Assembly: GCA_965230955.1 (NCBI GenBank)
Contig: OZ246404.1
Coordinates: forward strand, 161,184-225,183
From: an uncultured Candidatus Saccharibacteria bacterium
GTDB lineage: Bacteria > Patescibacteriota > CALEFQ01
Length of the DNA stretch: 64,000 bases
Direction: 5' to 3'
A model generated the notes under the pieces. It ran no database searches and was not told the DNA's origin. It worked only from the letters and a program-made list of their open reading frames with translations. Of the stretch, positions 38,706 to 47,304 are shown piece by piece. Within the stretch, counting starts at the first letter, position 1; each line of letters opens with the position of its first letter. The translations under genes and the position numbers were made by a program.

Positions 38706-39597
38706 GATAAAGTCAAAAAATAATCGGCGGGAACGAGGCATCACTTTGGTGCTGGCTTTACTGCTTACCGGCACCGTGACGGTGGCGGCTTTGATTGTCG
38801 CCGGCTTGCTGGTACGGGAGTTGCGTTTGACGGACAATATCCGCAAATCGTTGATCGCTTATTATGGAGCGGAATCCGGTTTGGAATCGGCGCTGTATGA
38901 CTATTATCACGGCGGTGTCGTGGAGACTCAATCCGGCGACGTGGGCAAGGTGGCCAGTTGGGAGATTAATTCCAATCCCAGCCAGACGGAAATGGCCGTC
39001 CCGCTGCCTTGGGAAACGACCAAAGAAATACCGTTGTATGATCTGGACGATTCCAGCTCGTTTAATGTTGCCGCAATTAATTTCAGTTGGCTAGAAAGTG
39101 TCTCAAAACCTATTGATCTGGAGTGGACGATCCTCACCCTGAGCCGGGATGGTACCGGTACCTGGCTGGAACCGGGTCCGCGCGGTTCGAAAATTACCAA
39201 GGATATTATCAATTGCCAGTTGGCGGTGGCCGATCAGACGACGATAAAGTTGTCTGATTATGACTTGGCTCCGGGTGATCAGCATATTTTGCGATTCAAG
39301 CATGTCAATGGGACGGGCAGCACGGTTGATTTCCGGATCACCATGACGGACGAAAAGGGAAATGAAATTGCTTTCAATCAGCAAACCGCTTTGAAAGTGA
39401 CCGGTACGGCGGGGGGAGTCGGGGGCGATGTCAGTCGGGCGCTGGAGGTGGCTATCCCGCTCAAGTCGCCGGCCTATGATGTTTTTGATTATGTTATTTT
39501 CAGCGATACTTATGTGGGAAAAGATTACAGCACTATGACTCCTTTCCCGTCTATTACTCCATTGCCGACGCCGACCGGGATCCGACCGAGACCGTGA
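38698..39597 (+). CDS. PilX-like pilus assembly protein
   Basis: N-terminal ERGITLVLALLLTGTVTVAALIVAG pseudo-prepilin segment. It overlaps the upstream gene by 8 nt. Confidence 0.65.
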   Translation: MNKIKSKNNRRERGITLVLALLLTGTVTVAALIVAGLLVRELRLTDNIRKSLIAYYGAESGLESALYDYYHGGVVETQSGDVGKVASWEINSNPSQTEMAVPLPWETTKEIPLYDLDDSSSFNVAAINFSWLESVSKPIDLEWTILTLSRDGTGTWLEPGPRGSKITKDIINCQLAVADQTTIKLSDYDLAPGDQHILRFKHVNGTGSTVDFRITMTDEKGNEIAFNQQTALKVTGTAGGVGGDVSRALEVAIPLKSPAYDVFDYVIFSDTYVGKDYSTMTPFPSITPLPTPTGIRPRP

Positions 39598-39621
39598 AAT
39601 TGCTGATTAGGCATTGACATA

Positions 39622-39667
39622 TAAAAACAGGTGCGGCCTGCCGAATCGGCAGGCCGCACCTGTTTTG
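39622..39667. terminator. Bidirectional Rho-independent terminator
   Basis: AAAAACAGGTGCGGCCTGCCGAATCGGCAGGCCGCACCTGTTTT between convergent genes. Confidence 0.75.
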
Positions 39668-39676
39668 GTATCGTGA

Positions 39677-40513
39677 TTATTCCGCCACGGTTTTCAGCGA
39701 GACATAGTGATTTTTGTACGTCTCGGGGTAGACATCGACTTTCAGGTAGTGATTGTCGGGATCGAGTCCGAATTGGGGGCTGGAGCCGCCGCCGCCCGTG
39801 ACGACCACGGGAATGCCGCTCAGTTCATAATTGAGATAGCCGTGAAAATGGCCGGTGTAAATCTGATTTACTTGGTAGCGCCGGAGGATTTCAATAAATT
39901 TATTGTTTTGGACGGTGGCGGTCTCGTTGGTTTCGGAAGAATCGCTCAGCGGCACATTGATGGGGACATGCATCACCAAAAACTTCAGTTTTTTATCGGT
40001 TTTTTTCAAGTCCGACTCCAGCCACGACAGTTCGGCATCGCTGAAACTGTTTTTTTCATCCGTGCTTTCAAATATAGTGATATGACTGTTTTGCCAGTCG
40101 AAAGATTCTTTGGTGGCGCCGAAGGTTTGAGTGAAAGCGGCGTCCGTTCGCTGGCCGGTTTTATCAACCACGTAATCATTATCGCCGATGGCGACATAAT
40201 ACGGTTTATCCAAATGCCGGTCGAGGTACTTTTTTGCCGCCTGCAGGTCGGTCAGGCTTTTGCCGTCGGTGATGTCGCCGGTGCTGATCAGAAAAGAGAT
40301 GTCGGGATTTCCCGCTTCGGCGACAATTTTTTCGAAAATCGGATTGATGGTGCCGTTATCGCCGTAAACGATAAAAGAAAACAACGGCTCGCCTTTGGGA
40401 GTGGCAGAGGCGGTCAAATTCGATAAATTTAAAACACTATCATCCTCGGTGCAAGCGCTGAAACCGAGCACGGTTATGAGCAAAAGTGTCAGTAGAAGAA
40501 GCTTTGATTTCAT
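39677..40513 (-). CDS. Calcineurin-like metallophosphoesterase lipoprotein
   Basis: MKSKLLLLTLLLITVLGFSAC lipobox. Motifs GDNG, GDITDG, GDNDY and GHFHGY. The longer finder ORF extends into the repeat hairpin and lacks an RBS. Confidence 0.8.
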   Translation of the reverse strand: MKSKLLLLTLLLITVLGFSACTEDDSVLNLSNLTASATPKGEPLFSFIVYGDNGTINPIFEKIVAEAGNPDISFLISTGDITDGKSLTDLQAAKKYLDRHLDKPYYVAIGDNDYVVDKTGQRTDAAFTQTFGATKESFDWQNSHITIFESTDEKNSFSDAELSWLESDLKKTDKKLKFLVMHVPINVPLSDSSETNETATVQNNKFIEILRRYQVNQIYTGHFHGYLNYELSGIPVVVTGGGGSSPQFGLDPDNHYLKVDVYPETYKNHYVSLKTVAE

Positions 40514-40529
40514 GGGGGGAATTGCTATA

Positions 40530-40635
40530 ATAAGTAACAGGTAACAAGGAACAAGGAACAAATAGGAAAAGATTCATTCCAATTTGTTACCTGTTACCTG
40601 TTACTTGTTACCTGTCATCGTTACCGGGTACTTGC
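40530..40635. repeat. GTAACAAG-family period-7 inverted-repeat hairpin
   Basis: GTAACAGGTAACAAGGAACAAGGAACAAATAGGAAAAG ... TTTGTTACCTGTTACCTGTTACTTGTTACCTG. Confidence 0.75.
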
Positions 40636-40666
40636 TATATTACCTGATCTCTCGGATTTTTCAACC

Positions 40667-42748
40667 ATGCCTAAATTAACTAAAACCGAAGCGTCCGAGC
40701 GTGTGGCGAAGTTACGGCGGGAAATCGATTATCACCGCTATCTTTATCATGTTTTGGATAAACAGGAGATTTCCGACGCGGCCAATGACTCGCTCAAAAA
40801 CGAATTGAAACGATTGGAAGAAGAGTTCCCCGATTTACTCACCCCTGATTCGCCGACGCAGAGAGTGGCCGGGACGGTTTCAAAGGGTTTCCAAAAAATA
40901 AAACATACCCAGCCGGTTTTGTCGCTGGAAGATACTTTTTCACTCGAGGAAGTAAAAGACTGGGAAACTCGGGTGAAGAAATTAGTGGGCGGGAAGCCGC
41001 TGTCTTATTTCGTGGAGTTAAAGTTAGACGGGCTGTCGGCTGTTTTGCGCTATGAAAAAGGAGTATTGGTTCGCGGATTGACCCGTGGCGACGGAAAATA
41101 CGGCGAGGACGTGACGCAGAATTTGAAAACGATCGAAAGCATTCCTCTTAAACTCGAAATCCGTAAAAACCAATATAATCTTCCCCGCAAGATACTTAAT
41201 CGCTGTCTGAGCGGGATTCTGGAAATTCGGGGAGAAGTCTTGATGACCAAAAGCCAACTCGCCATTCTGAACGCTCAACAAAAGAAAAAAGGCCTGCCGG
41301 AATTCGCTAATCCGCGCAACGTGGCGGCCGGCAGTATCCGTCAGCTAGATCCGAAAATCACTCGCTCGAGAAAACTCTGGTGTATCGTTTATCAGATTAT
41401 GAATGATGTCGGGCAGACTTCGCATGAGCAGACTCATCAGATTTTGGAAACTCTCGGTTTCCGCGTCAATAATTGGTCGCAGCCGTGCGCCGATCTCGAG
41501 GCGGTGGGTAAATACCTGGAAACTTGGGAAACCAAACGAAAAAAACTGCCGATCGATACCGACGGGATGGTGATAATCGTTGATGCGGTGGATTTGGCGC
41601 GGCGCATGGGCTCTGTCGGTAAAGCGGAACGCTGGATGGTGGCCTACAAGTTCAAGGCCGAGGAAGCGGTGACGGTCGTGGAAGATATCATCGTCCAAGT
41701 CGGCCGAACTGGCACGCTGACGCCGGTGGCGGTCTTGCGCCCGGTGCTGGTGGCCGGCTCGACGATTTCTCGCGCCACTTTGCATAATGCCGATCAGATC
41801 AAGAAACTTGATGTTCAAATCGGCGATACGGTGGTGATTCACAAGGCCGGGGACGTGATTCCGGAAGTGGTCAGTGTCATGAAACGCTTACGTCCGAAAA
41901 ACGCGGCTCCTTTCGTGATGCCGAAAAAATGTCCGGTTTGCGGCTCGGCGGTCAGCCGGTCCGGCGCGGAGGTGGCTTTTCGGTGCACCAATAAGAAATG
42001 CTTCGCCACTCAGCGGGAGCGCTTGATTCATTTTGTTTCCAAGAAAGGCTTTGATATTGACGGGGTCGGTCCGAAAGTTATCGACCAGCTGATCGCCAAT
42101 GAACTGATTCATGACGCCTCTGATCTTTTCGACCTGACGGTCGGCGATCTCCAGCCGCTGGATCGTTTTGCCGAGAAATCGGCGCAAAATATTGTGGCGG
42201 CGGTGCAAGCCGGCCGGACGGTCACTTTACCGCGGCTATTATTCGCGTTAGGGATTCGCTACGTCGGAGAAGAAAACGCGACATTGCTGGCGAATGCCTT
42301 GGTAAAAAAACAGCGCTCATTGGCGGATGTCTCGGCGGTTTTGTCGGATCTGCGGTCTTTCCGTATCGAGGACCTCAATCTGATCGAAGGCATCGGCGAA
42401 AAAGTGGCGCAAAGTATTTATGATTTTGTCCGCGACCCGGTTGAGGATAAATTTTTACGGCAGTTATCCGAGAAAAAAATAGCCGTCGCGCCTTATCGGA
42501 TCGTGGGGGAGACGGGGAAACTAAAAGGAAAAGTGTTTGTTTTGACCGGGGAGTTAAAATCACTGACTCGAGATGAAGCCAAGTCGGAGATCAAAAAACG
42601 CGGCGGTTCGGTCAGCGGGGCGGTGAGCCGGCAGACCGATTACGTGGTGGCGGGAGCGGAGCCGGGATCAAAATACGATAAGGCGAAAAAGTTCGGGATA
42701 AAAATACTTAATGAAGCCGGTTTTAAAAAATTATTGACCGATGGATGA
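40667..42748 (+). CDS. ligA: NAD-dependent DNA ligase LigA
   Basis: KxDG adenylation motif (ELKLDGLS), the OB fold, a Zn finger (CPVCGS...C), HhH repeats, and a BRCT domain. Confidence 0.95.
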   Translation: MPKLTKTEASERVAKLRREIDYHRYLYHVLDKQEISDAANDSLKNELKRLEEEFPDLLTPDSPTQRVAGTVSKGFQKIKHTQPVLSLEDTFSLEEVKDWETRVKKLVGGKPLSYFVELKLDGLSAVLRYEKGVLVRGLTRGDGKYGEDVTQNLKTIESIPLKLEIRKNQYNLPRKILNRCLSGILEIRGEVLMTKSQLAILNAQQKKKGLPEFANPRNVAAGSIRQLDPKITRSRKLWCIVYQIMNDVGQTSHEQTHQILETLGFRVNNWSQPCADLEAVGKYLETWETKRKKLPIDTDGMVIIVDAVDLARRMGSVGKAERWMVAYKFKAEEAVTVVEDIIVQVGRTGTLTPVAVLRPVLVAGSTISRATLHNADQIKKLDVQIGDTVVIHKAGDVIPEVVSVMKRLRPKNAAPFVMPKKCPVCGSAVSRSGAEVAFRCTNKKCFATQRERLIHFVSKKGFDIDGVGPKVIDQLIANELIHDASDLFDLTVGDLQPLDRFAEKSAQNIVAAVQAGRTVTLPRLLFALGIRYVGEENATLLANALVKKQRSLADVSAVLSDLRSFRIEDLNLIEGIGEKVAQSIYDFVRDPVEDKFLRQLSEKKIAVAPYRIVGETGKLKGKVFVLTGELKSLTRDEAKSEIKKRGGSVSGAVSRQTDYVVAGAEPGSKYDKAKKFGIKILNEAGFKKLLTDG

Positions 42749-42977
42749 TTTTGCATTTCTAAAAAGCGTAATGGACTTACCGCCGCGTCGGCGCGAGCGG
42801 CTTTTGCGTCTATTTGCCCGGCATCCCGATTTGCAGATTTCAGCGGCCAAGCTTTTTGATGACAAGGTACGCCTGCAAAAAACCGATGAGCCGATGCTGT
42901 CCGAGAAAATACTCACGGCCGAGCGCGAGACGATCGATAATATCCTTAATCAAAAGGCGGACCATGGCGGAAAGTGA
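42741..42977 (+). CDS. Small hypothetical protein (78 aa) overlapping the ligA stop (ATGGATGA)
   Basis: The ATG overlaps the ligA stop, as in translational coupling. Its content is charged and helical. The only support is the ORF and its position. Confidence 0.35.
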   Translation: MDDFAFLKSVMDLPPRRRERLLRLFARHPDLQISAAKLFDDKVRLQKTDEPMLSEKILTAERETIDNILNQKADHGGK

Positions 42978-44478
42978 ATTTTCTCCGGATGAGCAAAACG
43001 AGCGGCGGGAAAACCCGCTCGGTGATTTAGCGCAAAAAGAAACGGCGTTGCAGTCGGAAATATCCGATTCTTTGGCGCGACCTGCCTGGGAGCGTGGTCC
43101 GAATAAGTCTCGCTGGGAAAAAGCGGTGGCTCTTTCCTCGATGTTGTTTTTATATGGTGTGACGACCGAAATGGCGTCGAATTATGTTGCGGCTCAAAGC
43201 GCCAACCAAATTGAGACAACCGTACCGGCCGATTCGAAATCAGCCGAGGAACGTCTGGTGCCCGAGCAACCGGCGATGAATCGGGAGCTTGATCCCGATA
43301 CCAAAACAGCGTTGGCGGCAATATTGTCTCACAATAATGGCGAACATCCGGGCTTGTTTGTGAAAATGATCAGTCCCGAGGCGGACTTTCTTGACTTGGA
43401 CACACGGCAATCTCATAGTTACGACAAGAAAGATTTGGCGAATATTTCAAGCCCCTTGGATTTGCCGGCGGAACAGTTAGACTCGGTTTCATTTTTTTTG
43501 AAATATGCCAAAGATCAATGGGAGGCGCAGAACACGGGTCAGACGCACGCCAACAGGGGCGAGGGAGAATCGGTGGTGGTAAATCGCGCGAAAGATAAGT
43601 ATAATAACACCTTGATCCGATCGTATCGCGTAAATGATGCCGACAATACCGTCAGCGAGTATATCAGTATTAATCCGCCGTTTCTGGGCGCTGAGCCGGA
43701 GCAGGCTCAGCCTCAGCCCTGGAATTTCGATTTGAGCCCCTTTGGCTTACCCGAGGTCAAAGGTCTGTTGGATATCCGTCCTTGGCCGAAGAATAGAAAA
43801 ATCGGGGAGTACGATTTATATACCCAGCAGCCCGGCAAGGAATTATCGGAAACCCAGCTTCAGTGGCTGACGGAAGTCGGTCGGGGACAAGAAGCGGCCG
43901 AAAAATTATTTGGCGCCAAAGCCGGGGAGCAGGTAAAGAATATGCTTCTGATTCATTCCGAGGAAAAACACGGCGAAGCGGAAGGATATTTGCTTGATGA
44001 TACGACTATATATTCCGACACTCTGATGGATACCGAAAATCGAAATGTTCAGCTGATCGGGGCGCATGAAGCTTTCCACGTTATCGGCAAAAACCTGGAA
44101 TTGAGCGATCAGGGAATCGAGAATGAAATCTCAAAATTTTACTACCAGGAAATGTTTACGGATTTTCTGCCCAAATTAAGTGAAAGCAATTTCGAAAAAG
44201 GGCTGGAGGAAACCGAATACGGTCACGCGCAAGATAATCCCGAGGAATTATTTGCCAGCCTGCTTAATTCGGTACGCAGTGAAAATTGGACGGAACGAAT
44301 GGCTCAGGCGGACCCGGAGTTTCGGCGTCGATATGTAGAGGCCTTGCAGGCCGTGACGCGCGATGTGAAGAAGTGCAAAAAAGTCAGTCCTTCCGCTCCG
44401 TTGCTGAAACTCTTGAAGCAAAGGATCTCGGCTCTGGCGCCCGCTTCGCCCAAACCGGCGGTTGCTCAGCCTCAATGA
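42964..44478 (+). CDS. Hypothetical protein with an HExxH motif (possible zinc metallopeptidase-like)
   Basis: The start at ATG 42964 (MAESEFSP) follows AAGGCGGA. GAHEAFHVIG contains HEAFH. Confidence 0.5.
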   Translation: MAESEFSPDEQNERRENPLGDLAQKETALQSEISDSLARPAWERGPNKSRWEKAVALSSMLFLYGVTTEMASNYVAAQSANQIETTVPADSKSAEERLVPEQPAMNRELDPDTKTALAAILSHNNGEHPGLFVKMISPEADFLDLDTRQSHSYDKKDLANISSPLDLPAEQLDSVSFFLKYAKDQWEAQNTGQTHANRGEGESVVVNRAKDKYNNTLIRSYRVNDADNTVSEYISINPPFLGAEPEQAQPQPWNFDLSPFGLPEVKGLLDIRPWPKNRKIGEYDLYTQQPGKELSETQLQWLTEVGRGQEAAEKLFGAKAGEQVKNMLLIHSEEKHGEAEGYLLDDTTIYSDTLMDTENRNVQLIGAHEAFHVIGKNLELSDQGIENEISKFYYQEMFTDFLPKLSESNFEKGLEETEYGHAQDNPEELFASLLNSVRSENWTERMAQADPEFRRRYVEALQAVTRDVKKCKKVSPSAPLLKLLKQRISALAPASPKPAVAQPQ

Positions 44479-44511
44479 TAGACCTCTCCCGATTATTGTG
44501 TTAAAATCACG

Positions 44512-44814
44512 TTGATGACAAAAAAAACCCTTACCATTGCCGAAGTCGAACACGTCGCCAAGCTGGCTCGGATCGAGCTTAGTGAGAGCGAAAAGAAAAA
44601 GTTCCAGCAACAGATGGCGACGATTTTGGATTATATCGATAAAATAAACGAAGTCGATACCGAAAAGGTGGAGCCGACTTGGCAGGTGACCGGCCTGGAA
44701 AATGTCCAGCGTCCGGACAAAGCGCAGGTTTTTATGGAAAACGAACGTTTGATTGACGCGGCTCCCGATAGCCAGGACCAACAGATCAAGGTTAAGGCGG
44801 TTTTCAGTAAGTAA
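44512..44814 (+). CDS. gatC: Glu-tRNA(Gln)/Asp-tRNA(Asn) amidotransferase subunit C
   Basis: IAEVEHVAKLARIELSESEKKKFQQQMATILDYIDKINEVDT, the typical GatC sequence. Confidence 0.85.
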   Translation: MMTKKTLTIAEVEHVAKLARIELSESEKKKFQQQMATILDYIDKINEVDTEKVEPTWQVTGLENVQRPDKAQVFMENERLIDAAPDSQDQQIKVKAVFSK

Positions 44815-44816
44815 TA

Positions 44817-44886
44817 AGTCAAAAATCAAAAGTCAAAAGTTAAGGACGATTCACTTTTGACTTTTGACTTTTAACTTTTGACTTTT
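44817..44886. repeat. GTCAAAAG-family period-7 inverted-repeat hairpin
   Basis: AAGTCAAAAATCAAAAGTCAAAAG ... CTTTTGACTTTTGACTTTTAACTTTTGACTTTT. Confidence 0.75.
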
Positions 44887-45552
44887 ATGATTAAGGTTAC
44901 CGTCAAAGATTTGGAGCGCGATGACATCGCCATGACTTATATCAATCGCGCCAATGAATACTTGAATGTATTGGGTTTTACCAGCCACGGCTTGCGCCAC
45001 GTTAAACTGGCTTCGGATATCGCCCGCAATGTTCTGTTGCGCTTGGGCTATTCCGCCGACGAAGCGGAGCTGGCGGCGGTAGCGGCTTTTTTGCACGATA
45101 TCGGGAATGTCTGCGGCCGAGATCATCACGAACAATCCGGAGCGTTGATGGCCAAAGCGGTGCTTGATCGGATGGGTTTTGAAGCCAAATACACGGCGGA
45201 AGTGATGTTGGCGATTGGTAATCACGAAGAGCGCACCGGGGCGCCCGTCAGTTTGACCAGCGCGGCCGTGATTTTGGCGGATAAAACCGATGTGCATCGC
45301 AGTCGCGTGCAGACCAAAGATCCGCTGGATTTCGATATCCACGACAAAGTAAATTACGCCGTGACTAAATCATTTTTGGATGTCAATAAAGCCCAGCGTT
45401 CTATTTCTCTGGAACTGACGATCGATACCGAAGTGGCGGGGATTGTCGAGTACTTCGAAATCTTTTTGGATCGCATGAAAATGGCTCGAATGGCGGCTCA
45501 GTTTTTGAAAACCAAATTCGAGTTGGAGATCAACGGAACGAAGTTAATGTAA
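44887..45552 (+). CDS. HD-domain phosphohydrolase inserted between gatC and gatA
   Basis: H...HD motif (HGLRHVKLASDIA ... AAFLHDIGN). Confidence 0.7.
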   Translation: MIKVTVKDLERDDIAMTYINRANEYLNVLGFTSHGLRHVKLASDIARNVLLRLGYSADEAELAAVAAFLHDIGNVCGRDHHEQSGALMAKAVLDRMGFEAKYTAEVMLAIGNHEERTGAPVSLTSAAVILADKTDVHRSRVQTKDPLDFDIHDKVNYAVTKSFLDVNKAQRSISLELTIDTEVAGIVEYFEIFLDRMKMARMAAQFLKTKFELEINGTKLM

Positions 45553-45565
45553 TAATCTTTTGGCG

Positions 45566-45636
45566 CCAGCCGGGATATCATTTTCACACCTGGAATCCCT
45601 TCGGGAACGGTGTGAAAATGATATTCCGGCTGGGCC
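45566..45636 (+). promoter_or_regulatory. Strong stem-loop of about 25 bp upstream of gatA. It is a candidate attenuator or processing site.
   Basis: GCCAGCCGGGATATCATTTTCACACC tggaatcccttcgggaac GGTGTGAAAATGATATTCCGGCTGGGC. No T-run follows it. Confidence 0.5.
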
Positions 45637-45654
45637 TAACTGATGTGTTAAATA

Positions 45655-47154
45655 ATGTTGTTAAACGATCTGACAATTTACGAAGCGCACCAGCAGTTGC
45701 AAGAGGGGAAGATCAAATCGGTTGATTTGGCCAAAGCCTGTTTCGCGCGGGTGAAAGAAGTTGACGATCGCGTCAAAGCTTTTTTGACTTTGACGGAGCG
45801 CGAGGCGCTGGATCAAGCGCAGGCGATTGACGATACCATTTCCGCCGGAAAAGAAATCGGTTTGCTGGCCGGAATTCCGGTCGGGATCAAAGATTTGCTT
45901 TGCACTGAAGGGGTGAAGACCACTGCGGCTTCGAATATTTTGAGAGAATATATTCCGCCCTATGACGCGACGGCGGTAAAATTATTGAAAGAGGCCGGGG
46001 CGGTGCTGATCGGAAAAACCAATCTGGACGCTTTTGCTCACGGTTCATCGACCGAAACTTCCGATTTCGGCCCCACTCATAATCCTTGGGATCTGGAACG
46101 GATTCCCGGCGGTTCTTCCGGCGGTTCGGCGGCGGCGGTGGCGGCGGGGGAAGTTCCCTTTGCCATCGGCACCGAGACCGGGGGTTCGATTCGCCAGCCG
46201 GCTTCGCTTTGCGGAATCGTCGGCTGGAAACCGACTTATGGCCGAGTCAGCCGTTATGGCGTGATTTCGATGGGCTCGTCGCTGGACTGTGTCGGAGCTT
46301 TCGCGCGCCGGGTTGAGGACGCGGCGGCGGTAGCCAGTGTCATAGCCGGCATCGATCGCCTGGATTCCACCACTTCCAGCGTCCCGGTGCCCGATTACCC
46401 CGGCGAACTGAAGAAAGGATTATTGGGATTGCGCATCGGAGTGCCCGGGGAATTATTTCCGCCGGGAATTAATCCGGCGGTGGAGCGTTTGGTGCGGGAA
46501 GCGATTGAATTGCTGACTAAGCACGGCGCCAAAATTGTGCCGGTCAATTTGCCGGTGGCTAAATATGCCTCGGCGGTCTACGCCGTGATCTGTACTTCGG
46601 AGGTCTCCTCCAACCTGGCTCGCTATGACGGCATTCGCTATGGCTATTCGGTGATCAACGATAAAAAAGTCAAAGATCAGCCCAAGGATCTATATGAGGT
46701 TTACGCCAAATCTCGCGCGCACGGTTTTGGCGACGAAGCGAAGCGCCGGATTATGACCGGCACCTACGCTTTATCGGCGGGATATTACGACGCCTATTAT
46801 TTAAAGGCGGCCAAAGTACGAACTTTGATTCGAAAAGACTGGCAAAATGCTTTTCAGGATGTCGATTTGGTCGTCGGACCGGCCTCGCCTTCGGTGGCGC
46901 AAAAAATTGGGAAAGCGGCCGATGATCCGCTCTTTGGTTATTTGTCTGACGAATTGATCAATCCCAGTTCCGTGGCCGGGTTGCCGGGTATTTCCGTCCC
47001 GTGCGGGTTTGCTCCGGCGGAAGACGGCAAAACACAACTGCCGGTCGGTTTGCAGATCGTCGGAAATTATTTCTGCGAGGATCAGGTATTTCGCGCCGCC
47101 TTCGCGTATCAATCGGCGACGAAGTGGCATGAGGCCCGGCCGAAATTAGATTAG
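45655..47154 (+). CDS. gatA: Glu-tRNA(Gln) amidotransferase subunit A (amidase signature family)
   Basis: Amidase signature [14 protein letters not shown] and the usual length of about 500 aa. Confidence 0.9.
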   Translation: MLLNDLTIYEAHQQLQEGKIKSVDLAKACFARVKEVDDRVKAFLTLTEREALDQAQAIDDTISAGKEIGLLAGIPVGIKDLLCTEGVKTTAASNILREYIPPYDATAVKLLKEAGAVLIGKTNLDAFAHGSSTETSDFGPTHNPWDLERIPGGSSGGSAAAVAAGEVPFAIGTETGGSIRQPASLCGIVGWKPTYGRVSRYGVISMGSSLDCVGAFARRVEDAAAVASVIAGIDRLDSTTSSVPVPDYPGELKKGLLGLRIGVPGELFPPGINPAVERLVREAIELLTKHGAKIVPVNLPVAKYASAVYAVICTSEVSSNLARYDGIRYGYSVINDKKVKDQPKDLYEVYAKSRAHGFGDEAKRRIMTGTYALSAGYYDAYYLKAAKVRTLIRKDWQNAFQDVDLVVGPASPSVAQKIGKAADDPLFGYLSDELINPSSVAGLPGISVPCGFAPAEDGKTQLPVGLQIVGNYFCEDQVFRAAFAYQSATKWHEARPKLD

Positions 47155-47304
47155 TTGCTCGCTCCCGCGTCCACGCCGGAGCTTGAATTACCGGCGGGGA
47201 CGGCCTGCCGGAGCTATATTCTATGCAACACCATCTTTGGTGTTTTTTTGATATTCGTTCCAAAATATGCTATAATTACAATAATCGTTTTAAAAAATAA
47301 AAAT

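Noticed and set aside
40514-40561. N-terminal extension MFLVPCYLLLIIAIPP of the phosphoesterase ORF
   Set aside because: The extension is the translation of the GTAACAAG-family hairpin and has no RBS. The internal ATG at 40513 is followed by a canonical lipoprotein signal and gives the usual mature length.
20098-44886. Could the period-7 repeat blocks be CRISPR arrays?
   Set aside because: The units are 7 nt, not 24 to 47 nt. There are no unique spacers between them. They are arranged as inverted arms forming hairpins. No cas genes are nearby.
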